Assembly (NCBI GenBank): GCA_024704765.1
Contig: JAKMXF010000221.1
Location: forward strand, 496,001 to 560,000
Source: Oopsacas minuta
Taxonomy: Eukaryota > Animalia > Porifera
Reading direction: 5' to 3'
DNA length: 64,000 nt
Below the pieces are notes generated by a model. That model did not search any database and had not been told where the DNA came from. It saw only the letters and a list, made by a program, of their open reading frames with translations. This document shows positions 46,638 through 56,700 of this stretch, piece by piece. Within the stretch, counting starts at the first letter, position 1, and every line of letters starts with the position of its first letter. The position numbers and the translations under genes were made by a program.

Positions 46638-47406
46638 ATGGCAACGGCTTCTGGTGATGAATGGAATTTAGATTTTTACGATAAGTGGGAGAAAGGCCAC
46701 CCTACCTTTATATATGAGACCAAAAGTTTTAGCAGGGGAGGCCTTCGCAATGCTTACAGAGCTATGTATACAATGTACCACGACGATTACTACCATGGTA
46801 AAAAAGCTGTCGTCAAAAAGATGAGGGACGAAGTATATATGAGTAACAAGTGGGATACAGAAATTAATGCAGCTCTAAAAGCCGAAGAATTTATAGTCAT
46901 GGAACAATGAAGAAAGGATAAATAAAGAGTATATATTTTATATACCAGAGGTTGTACAAATAACGAAAACAGAGGGGGACTTTAAAAGGGGGGAATGGGT
47001 TACCCTGGAGCCCTACTTCGAAGGGGATTACGATAAAATGGAATGACAATTTAGGGAGGTGTGAAACAAAAGATGAAAAGTTATCTGTACAGGCGTTTTG
47101 TCACTGGACGTATCATATCTCAAAAAGTATGATTGTCTGTGATGTTCAGGGAGTAAGATCTAGCGACGCCTACTGTATAACAGATCCTGCTATATGTAGC
47201 AAAGGGGAACATTATGGTAGAACAGATCTTGGAGAAGAGGGCATTGCTAAATGGTTCAAGGAACACAAATGTAATGAGTTTTGTAGGAAGGAGTGGGATC
47301 GTCATTAGCTGCGGGCCCTTATAAGTCGTTGTCGGCGGCTAAACCTGATCCTGGTGTCACTCAGCCCGGAGGAGGATCAAAGGGACCTGGTGGACCTAAG
47401 CGTTAA
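46638..47406 (+). pseudogene. Stand-alone alpha-kinase (eEF2K/MHCK family) with frameshifts
   Basis: FSRGGLRNAYRA and KAVVKK; after a shift near 46899 WNNE...PEVVQ...LEPYFEGDYDK; after a shift near 47038 WNDNLG...QAFCHWTY...IVCDVQG...ITDPAI...GRTDLGEEGIAKWFKEHKCNEFC. Stop at 47306-47308; a probable third shift gives a Gly/Pro tail ending 47406. Confidence 0.85.
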
Positions 47407-47613
47407 ATTCCCTAGCATCTAAACTTGTATTAGTTAGTTTGTGTGATTAGTTCTGGAAGTTGAATATTAGTTAGAAATGCTTTCCGTAGTTTTTGTGTAT
47501 ATTGAAAATGTACGTGTTAAAAAATATATTATTATAAGTAAAAAGTGATAAACAAACTCAAAAAAAACATTGAAAAGTAACATATTTGCTTGACTAACTG
47601 GTAACTAGGCTAC

Positions 47614-48372
47614 TTAGTAACTTGAACAGATGGCAGAAGACGTAAACCCCCATTTTACAATGGAACTATAGCTAGCATACAAACTCTTGTCTCTGTATTC
47701 AACTTTCCTCCAAGGCATTTTAAGAGGATTGTTACTCTCTTTCCATTCAAGATATGACAAACTCTCTTTACACATTGATGCTATCGTATTGGGGGCAGAT
47801 TTCTTAGCTACCAAATTACAGATGAAAGAAGGGATGTACCCCTTAGGGTCTGAATGGGAGAGGAAAGTTAACAAAGTACCCTCTGGGACCGGAATCAATC
47901 GATACCCTGTTATGTAAGTATGTGCACGTACTTTGGTCGGGTCCAGCTCGGCCAATTCGTCTTCTACTGAGTGGTAAATAATAACATAATCGTCTGGAGA
48001 GGGTATACAAGTTTTCTGCATAACTATGTCCCTGTCGTATAGCGGATAAACACATTTAATGCAAAGATACTCAATTGAGTTAAAATCATCGATATAGCAT
48101 ACAGTGTACGAATTATAAGTGATAGAATTATGAAGTGATCTGTATTCTGTGTCTTGTATATAGTCATATACAATAGCAGGAGAAATGCCAGCAAATACAG
48201 AAGATGCACGTAGCATACGAATATTTGTACCGACGAAGTTTCTGGTATTAATTGAGACTCCGTTTGAATCGAAAGATTCCTCCCAACCACTTGTGTTGTC
48301 TGTTAAATATTTAAAGTAGTCAATATCTTTATCAGTAAGGGGGTGAATGGTAGAGGAGAGTGAGTGCTCCAT
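47614..48372 (-). CDS. START-domain lipid-binding protein (STARD10/PCTP-like), paralog 2, intronless
   Basis: 252 aa; QDTEYRS, YPLYDRDIV, YVIIYHSV, VRAHTYITGY, SHSDPKGYIPSFICN, KMPWR. Confidence 0.85.
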   Translation of the reverse strand: MEHSLSSTIHPLTDKDIDYFKYLTDNTSGWEESFDSNGVSINTRNFVGTNIRMLRASSVFAGISPAIVYDYIQDTEYRSLHNSITYNSYTVCYIDDFNSIEYLCIKCVYPLYDRDIVMQKTCIPSPDDYVIIYHSVEDELAELDPTKVRAHTYITGYRLIPVPEGTLLTFLSHSDPKGYIPSFICNLVAKKSAPNTIASMCKESLSYLEWKESNNPLKMPWRKVEYRDKSLYASYSSIVKWGFTSSAICSSY

Positions 48373-48653
48373 CTAATTAATGTACAGCGTATACCGGTTA
48401 TGAGAACACCCTTGGGAGTAGCAATACATGTCTTATAACCGGCATAAATATACAGGAACATGTGAGGACCGTTATCCAGAAGATGGTGCTTATATCCGGC
48501 AATTGGACAACTACTCAATTGGAGCACTTTTCAGGAAGGAGTTAGAATAGCCCCCATAGATAAATGAGAATATGGTGAGTGCATATATGTGATGAATTTA
48601 ACACCTATTAATTAATACACACAGTAAACACACTACAACACACTACATATGAA

Positions 48654-50201
48654 TTACAGTTCATCTTTCTTGTGCTTGAGTATCTCCCCGTAATCCGTAG
48701 CACTGCTCCCTACAAACACGTCATGATTATCTACTATCTCTTTACGAGATAGTCTGTCGTCCAAATTGAAATCTGCCTTTTGGAATAGGAAGTTAACTTC
48801 AGAAGTTGGTCTATGGAACCCTTCAGGGAACACCCAGTAACCGAACTCGTCCAGATCCAAGATCCCGTCCTTATTAAGGTCTCTGTTGTTAGTGAAGTCG
48901 TCATTATACCTCTCTTTTAATGAGATGTATTCAGGTGATCGCTGGTCCTTCCCACGGAGTACCTATACGAATATGTGATATAGTGAGTGTTCTATATTGT
49001 CTTTTATATCCATATATGGGCATGTAGACACCTTGCCAACGAGAAGACGCTAAGACCAGGGTTCAGTTAGCTCCCAAGGTGTCAAACTTAAGAACAGTCA
49101 ACTTTCGGTAATTATCGCGGTCCCTGGAGTTGACAGTAAATATATCAATAGCTAGTACTTACATATGCAAAATATTCCTCTCTTGTTAACACGTTATCAT
49201 TATTAGAATCTATTTCTATCATAGAATCAGATATCACTACGTCCTTCATGTGAGGGTAAGCGTGAGGCTCTGAGAATGATTTAAACTCCTCGAAAATAAG
49301 ATGACCGTCTTTGTCAATGTCAGCTGCATCCCATCTCATCCTCTCACGCTCTATAGGTGTAAATATAAATAAACACCATTTCTGGATGCTACACTTCATA
49401 TGAGATAAAAAATAGAAGAATTAGGAACTATAACTCACCGAGAACAAATTCTAGGGTCCAACCTCTTTCAGGGTCAGAAATTTCATCCAATCCAATCCCT
49501 TCCCTGGCGTCACTCCCCCACGAATTGTCTATATAATCACCCCAGCTGATCTTCTCTTCGTTATTGAGGTTATAGTGATGCCAACGGAAGTCTGCGTCCT
49601 CATGGACCTTCCTATTAGGTGATAATAAATTAATATGTATCTTGACCAAGTGTAACCTCCACCAATGGGTGACAGGGACGTGGTTTGTTGAGTTTACATT
49701 GGTAATTATTAGCATTTTCAAAGTTACGCGTATTATGTTATACCGAGCTATCAAGGTCATAGCGAACGGCTGCAGACAAACAAACAAACAAACATAACAA
49801 ACACTCCTATTTAATTATTTACTTGTTAGATAGAAGTTCTATCCATCGTGTGAGTTCATTACGACTCACGAATCCATCTTTATCACTGTCTATCTTATCA
49901 ACAACTCTACTGAGTAGACTCTTGGCTATATTAGGGGGGAGCTGATCATACATATCAGCCTCTTCTTCACCTATAACAGCCAATAAATATATTTCTAGAC
50001 AACTTGAAATACAGTAGACTCTGCTTAATTAAATTTATTCAACTGACCAATGAACTGTTCGTGATGAGAGTGTGGGTCCGCTTCATGGCCGTTGAGACGG
50101 TCCTCTAGGAATTGGGTCTCATCTCTAGGATGCGACGGGTTGGTCCAGACCCCTTGGAGCAGACAGAGTGTCAAGATAGCAGCGAATATGAATAGTCTCA
50201 T
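48654..50201 (-). CDS. CALU: Calumenin/reticulocalbin (CREC family EF-hand ER protein)
   Basis: Exons 50201-50048, 49970-49823, 49611-49439, 49350-49163, 48962-48654 in phase (323 aa); signal peptide MRLFIFAAILTLCLLQGVW, EF-hands DSDKDGFVSRNE, DIDKDGHLIFEE, DSNNDNVLTREE, DLNKDGILDLDE; C-terminal KDEL. Calumenin versus reticulocalbin is not resolvable. Confidence 0.88.
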
Positions 50202-50891
50202 AGATAGAAGAGAAGTGAAATAGAAACGAATACATCAAGCAAAACTACAGTAGAATTTATGGATTAGAATGATGGCAAACTCTATTGTTTGAGTGTAATG
50301 CAATACTCTGTTAGTGTCTAAGCTATAACCACATACAAGTTGATGTTATTAATATTACGCAATACTAGTAACGTGGTTGTGATAGCGTTGTGAGAGTGAT
50401 GGAAGATTTGTAACGTCTGTTTGTGTCATTCTTAACAAATATTAATACAGTACAAAGTTCAAAATATTGAATAGTTAAGTGTTGGAGTTGGAAATGACAT
50501 ATTTGAGAAATTAACACACTCAAAAAGGATGTTTGGACAGTGCAGCCTCCACGAACGCACAACCGGGGAATTTGCGGAAACGGAGTGAAAAGTAATCGAG
50601 TGTATTTCTAGTGCCAAGCAAATGAACTTCCATAAACGAAGAAACAAGGTAGCACTGTAATATGAATTTTGACGCTCTGTTGGTGTCGGATTATAGGGAG
50701 TCTACTCCAATTACAAATACGGACACAAGACCATTTGAGGCCCTGCCAACCTTCTAAGACCATGGGGAATGTCCCTTCTTATCATAAAAGGAGGGTTGTA
50801 GCTTCCCCCCAAATTCCCATAAATTGCTAATTAATAAAAATGATAATAACACAAGGAAAGATCTAAAATCAAAAGTGATAATTTTCAACTT

Positions 50892-52544
50892 TTATTCACT
50901 GAAATAATCTCTTGAAAGAGAGAGTAATTTTAATTGCTGCTCGCTAGTGAGACCGATTGAATACAGGTGAGATCGATAGCTCAAACTAATTCGGTGTAGA
51001 CAAGAGGCCAGGGAGGCGATAACACCAGCTCTGAGGGTGTTTAGCTCTTGGACACGATAGTCTGTAGCCCCCTGTGATGAGTAGAGAGCGGACGGGGGCT
51101 TATATCCGTCTAGCTTGTTAGATAACGTCAATAGCTGATTAATTATAGCGGGGAGGTTCTTCTGAATTAGACCGTATTTGTCTTCCTGATAAGCTGCGGT
51201 TGATAGCTCGGACAGAGATACGAGGGCCCAGCGATATAAACCTGCGTCTGCATACGCACTAAAGAATATATTCAGTTTAAGCGGTTCGTTGAAGTAGCGG
51301 GCAATAAACGATTGTTCTAATGTCTGTCTGACCGAGACTAGGATAGCGACCGCTTGGTCCCAAGCTCTGTCCTGTAGCCCTCTAAGGGGTGTAGGTGGGT
51401 ACGCCCCAGTGCTGGCGGATTTATAAGTTACAGGCTGCTGGGGAGATGATCTGACAGGGGAGTAGAAAGACCCGGTTACAGAATCGTCAGGACTGATCTC
51501 TGTAATCTCCCCTTCTAGCTTAGCAATGAATTCGTTGAGTAGACGGGTACATGCATGGTACACATGGGACCAATTGTCCCCTTGTCCGGTATGAGCGTCC
51601 AAAGAGAAGAGGGCAGCCCGTCTCTGCTCAGAATGAAGAGACAGAGAGGACAGATCCTGGAAAGCCAGATGTGTGAGGAGAGGGGAGGAGGTACGGACAG
51701 CCTCTGAGAGGGACAGGAGAGAGGGGAAGGGACTAGGAGCACACGGGAACCTGAATGCGTGTGTTTGTGAAATATTAAATAATCTCCAACACAATGTATT
51801 TTGGATAAGCGAGAGAGCGAATATGAAATTCAGCTTTATCAAGAATAACGGGTTCAACACGTTTAGAAGGATCGACAGAGATGAATAAGACGTCACCCAT
51901 TCAGGAGAGAGGGCAGTGAGGGACAGGAGAACAAAGGTGCTAGAAAACCAGAGCCTCAAGAGGGAGTGGACAATCTTCCGCTTTGAAAATGAAAATAGTT
52001 CTAATTGTATGCGGAATAGTTTAGGTTGTTGTATGATAGGAAACGAAAGTGTATTAGTTTGTAAAGAGATCGTAGAGAATGCAGTTGATAAACCGAATGA
52101 AAACCCGTAGAACAAATAAACTAGCTCTTCTAACCGGTCGCTAGGAGTGGAAATTAGTGAGTAATCGTGTCGCCGCCATGTGACAACAGTAGCCCAGGAT
52201 AACGTCGCGTATATAAGAATGAAAGTAATAGATTGTCTATTGAATAGATAGACTATCTTGGTATAACGGGAGGGGAATAGAGTATATTTCAGAGAGTAGC
52301 AACAGGAGAACAGGACGATAAAGAGACAAGAAAATAGGTTAAGTTGAAGAAGAAGCGATATGAAATGGGGGGAGACAATGATCCAGTCGGAGAACAAGTG
52401 CGTAGGGTTCAAGATACAAGATATTGTGGAGTATGATACGGACAAAAAGAAGTTGAGGACACAGAGCCACAGGGCCGTGCTGATCGAGCGAGCAACAAAC
52501 TCGTTAAGGTAGGGTTTGGGTGGGAATGGATACTCCTCAAACAT
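50892..52544 (-). CDS. NDC1: Nucleoporin NDC1 (TMEM48), intronless
   Basis: 550 aa; N-terminal TM helices, AFQDLSSLSLHSEQRRAALFSL, QEDKYGLIQKNLPAIINQLL, LHRISLSYRSHL. Confidence 0.85.
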   Translation of the reverse strand: MFEEYPFPPKPYLNEFVARSISTALWLCVLNFFLSVSYSTISCILNPTHLFSDWIIVSPHFISLLLQLNLFSCLFIVLFSCCYSLKYTLFPSRYTKIVYLFNRQSITFILIYATLSWATVVTWRRHDYSLISTPSDRLEELVYLFYGFSFGLSTAFSTISLQTNTLSFPIIQQPKLFRIQLELFSFSKRKIVHSLLRLWFSSTFVLLSLTALSPEWVTSYSSLSILLNVLNPLFLIKLNFIFALSLIQNTLCWRLFNISQTHAFRFPCAPSPFPSLLSLSEAVRTSSPLLTHLAFQDLSSLSLHSEQRRAALFSLDAHTGQGDNWSHVYHACTRLLNEFIAKLEGEITEISPDDSVTGSFYSPVRSSPQQPVTYKSASTGAYPPTPLRGLQDRAWDQAVAILVSVRQTLEQSFIARYFNEPLKLNIFFSAYADAGLYRWALVSLSELSTAAYQEDKYGLIQKNLPAIINQLLTLSNKLDGYKPPSALYSSQGATDYRVQELNTLRAGVIASLASCLHRISLSYRSHLYSIGLTSEQQLKLLSLSRDYFSE

Positions 52545-52707
52545 CCACTAATTAATAAGGAATCACTACTATCCACCCGTTAGTTAGTAAATATATTTGG
52601 GTGTAGTTGAATTTCCAATAATAACAATATGAACTTGAAGTTATCAAGCAGGTGTTTAATATATAAAAAAGCAAACAAATATACATAAACTCATAAATAA
52701 ACAATAA

Positions 52708-53334
52708 TCAACTGCTACAACAACTGACTTTCCCCTGGCTACCAGATGTACTACTCAGATCTACGCTCTGCTCACTATGCCGTTTATGAATTTGATTCTT
52801 AGAGTTTGTGATCATAAGATGGATTGCTGTTTGAAATGCTTCGTTCACGTTTGTATTGTCCTTCGCGCTTGTTTCAAAGTAACACATAGAATCGTTTCCC
52901 TGTCTCCATTCCTCGATTTCATCGTTACTGACCTGTCTCGTATGTTCTGGGCGGTCTGCTTTGGTGCCGAGTACTATAAAAGGGTAGTTTGCTAACCCAG
53001 CAACGTCAGAGTAGTGCAGGAATTCTTTTTGCCACATGTGAAGATTCGCGAAACTCGCTCTGTCATCGAGGGCAAACGTGAGAATACAGCAGTCGGAGCC
53101 CCGGTAGAACGGCGTTCGGAGGCTACGGAAACGCTCCTGGCCGCCGGTATCCCAAATCTGCACTGTGAATCTCCGTCCTTCAGTAATAATCTCTTTATTC
53201 AAGAACTCCACCCCTATGGTCGTGAATGAAGACGAATCGAACCGACTATTCATATACCTGTTCATGAGACTTGACTTTCCAACTCCTGAGTCCCCAATTA
53301 GAATCATCTTTAATTGACAAGTTTTTGCTGCCAT
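52708..53334 (-). CDS. RAB9: Rab9-like small GTPase, intronless
   Basis: GDSGVGKSSLM, TIGVEFLNK, WDTGGQERFRSLRTPFYRGSDCC, YPFIVLGTKAD, ETSAK, C-terminal CCSS. Confidence 0.92.
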   Translation of the reverse strand: MAAKTCQLKMILIGDSGVGKSSLMNRYMNSRFDSSSFTTIGVEFLNKEIITEGRRFTVQIWDTGGQERFRSLRTPFYRGSDCCILTFALDDRASFANLHMWQKEFLHYSDVAGLANYPFIVLGTKADRPEHTRQVSNDEIEEWRQGNDSMCYFETSAKDNTNVNEAFQTAIHLMITNSKNQIHKRHSEQSVDLSSTSGSQGKVSCCSS

Positions 53335-53782
53335 TTTCTTATGGACTTTACCTTAAGGTTCTATTTTTATATTGTTCCTATTGCATGAGGAGTCATAAGA
53401 CCAGTATTGTATCATACATAATACCTTATTATGTTATTTTCATTGTTACAGAGTGAATGGTTTTTGGAAAACTCGGGGTGTTTATTAATTGACCCATAGT
53501 CCAACTTTATCGGGCAAGTGTGAAGTCTCCTGTCCCGTTAAAGGTGTCAAAAAGGGAATTATCGAACTTTCGGCAAGGCCAAGGGTCACCAGCAACCTCG
53601 TAGCTACCTCAATGGGTCAGATGGACAACTATTATGTTCCTCTTATATGCCATATTCCATCGCTCCATATTCTAATCACAGTTTTGACTATCTTACAATA
53701 CTCACGGAAATATTACTAACATATAATAATTCAAATATAACGGGGGAAAGTTAATAGTTTGGGAATTTTCGAAACACAATGT

Positions 53783-56700
53783 TTATTTCTTTGAATCTTT
53801 CTCAGAGGGCCAGTCTGGGAATATCGCATAGTGTGCGGGTTGTCGAGCTCCGGAGACAGAGAAGATGGTGCCTGTAGCGGACTGTGCCTTGTTGACCCTC
53901 TGGCGTTTATATTTTTCAGAGTATTTATGTCTCCTAGGAGAAGAGACCGAATCTCCTGCTTCCTGTTTCTTCTTGTCAGCGTCAGAGTGTTCAGATCCCT
54001 TTACCGCTTCCTTAGAACCTTCCTTCTTAGCTAAATATATTACACAACATTGTCAGGACAAGAAAAATTGAGCAAAGACCAAAAAATCGGGTACAATTGG
54101 AGATTAACAGCCCAATGAATGTTACCAGAATATGTTCGGATCAATAGGCACCAATTTTGGTTACAAGGAGGCCGGGGGGGTCTGGGCCCCTAAGATTTAG
54201 AGGCGGAGGCAATATCGCATGGTGATCCATCAGGTTTGTTTCCTAAAACCGATTTATAAATGAACTTACCCTTTGAAGGGTTTTTGGGTAACTTAGTCTT
54301 TGCCTCATCATCAGTTACCTTCTCTACTTCATCATCCCTGCTTCCCCTGGCCGTATCCTGCAAATACTTGTATATCTGTCCTCGTTCCTCAGCTGTCCGT
54401 GAGTCAAGAAACCGCTTGACGTCACCAGAAATCTCTCTAGAAGGCTCCCCTACACACAAGACCAATTTCTTATATTGATTTGCTGGGAAGTTTTACATGC
54501 ATATGTGTATTAATCCAAGACCACAACAAATCGGTAAAGTATGCAAACAATGCATAAACACGCCACTCCACTAGTCCATACATTCCAATGCAACAAGTAT
54601 GTAGTCGGGTTACTAGGGTATTCGTGGGTACTCTTATACACGCCCCATGTCTAGGAGAGGTGATAATTTCACAGTCTATTCTAGGAATAGACCCACAAGG
54701 AAAGATATTGTTCATAAGACCATACAATCAACTTGAAGCAGTGAAGGGAGAATTTGAATTTAAAGATACGTCAATTGTCCAACTGTCCCCCTCCCAATTT
54801 TTAATACCAGGATTCATAGACACTCACATACACGCCCCTCAATACCCAAACACCGGTCTGGGACTAGACAAGCCCCTATTGGAATGGTTATCCGCATACA
54901 CCTTCCCCCTAGAGGCCCGTTTTAGCGATCCTAATTATGCCAGAGGGGTCTATAATGACGTAATACGTGACACCCTTCGACACGGTACCACTACAGCCTG
55001 TTATTTTACTTCAGTACATGTGGAGGCCGCTAAGGTCATGTGTGACCTGATCCACAAATGGGGACAGAGGGGTCTGGTTGGTAAGACATGCATGGACTGT
55101 AATTCGCCGCCCTCCCTCTCACAAACCCTCGAAACTAACATACAAGGGAGTAAACAGCTGATAGCGCATATTTCCCAGCTGGGAAGCTCTCTCCTCTCTC
55201 CGGTCCTCACCCCTCGATTCGCTCTGACATGCTCTGAAGAGTGCATGAGGGCATTAGGGGTGCTGGCAAGAGAGGGACACTATCATATACAGACACACAT
55301 ATCTGAGAACAAGCGGGAGGTGGAGAGGGCCCATGAGTTGTACCCTACAGCAGATAGTTACACACATGTGTATCAGGAATGCGGGCTTTTAACGGATAAA
55401 ACTATTCTTGCTCATGCTATATACCTCACAGACCAGGAGTTGGGAATTTGTAAAGAGGAGAGAGTAGGGATAGCCCACTGCCCAGTGTCAAACTTTGCTC
55501 TTAAGAGTGGAGTATTCGATAGTAGACGGATCCTTGAGAGAGACATAAAGTTAGGCCTCGGGACTGATGTCTCTGGGGGGTACACAGTGAGTATGCTTGA
55601 AGTTATGCGACAGACCCTTATAGCCAGTACGTGTATCAGCTTCCAGACACAAGATCCTGCATACCGACCTCTTGACTACAGGGAGGCATTCCACCTGGCC
55701 ACACTAGGGGGTGCGAGGGTGCTTGGATTAGAGGACAAGGTTGGTAGCTTTGAAGAGGGAAAAGAGTTCGATGCTCTCCTCGTGGATGTAAATAGCCTTC
55801 GGTCACAGATCCGAGCGGATCCGGGTCTATCCGTTTCGGAAAAGTTCCAGAAATTCTTCTTCAATGGAGATGACAGGAACATTTTAGAGGTGTTTGTAAG
55901 TGGCAGAAGGGTAGAGACACAATAACACTCAACAAACTGACATATTTCTAATTAATTTTATATTTATTTACCTCTTTTGCTAAGAGACTTAGCGGATTGA
56001 GATCTGGGTCTACTGACTGCCTTCTTACTATCCTCCAGTATGTTAGTACTCCAGATCCTCTCCCGTGTACCTGACTAAGAATATTTATTAAATTAGTAAT
56101 ATTTGTAGTGTTAAGAGCCAAAATAATCTCAATCACCAAAATGGCGTGAAATATTCACTTGACAAGAATTTCATACTTGAGGTGCAACTCTGCACCCCCA
56201 AAATGTACCTATGTGCCAATTTTCATATCAATCGGTCTATTAGATTTCTCAGGACACCGCGGACGGACGTCGTCCAAGATTCGTATCACCCAATTAGATT
56301 TGAGGGTTTATAGGCTTATAACATGTAATAGAACTTACAGCTGATCTTGAGCGGGGTAGAGAGCGGGAGTATGTTCTAGAAATACTCCTCAGTAGCTCAC
56401 TCTTCTCCACACCATGAGGGGCAGCTGGATCATGAGCCAAGTTACACAGGGCGTTACCCATATACCAGTCCCTTCCATGGTACGTCCCCCACCCCTTGGT
56501 TGATATCCCTGCGCCAATACCGCCCATGCGGCCTCCTGTATAGTCTTGGTAGAATGACTCACTGATATCTCTCTGAAACCTATCTCTGTTAGATTGATTG
56601 TACCTGCAAAAAAGATAGTACATAACATACATTAAGTAGGTAAAACGCGTCGTCTAAATATTTTGCTTTATTAAAGTTTACGAGGCTGTACTGTAGAGCT

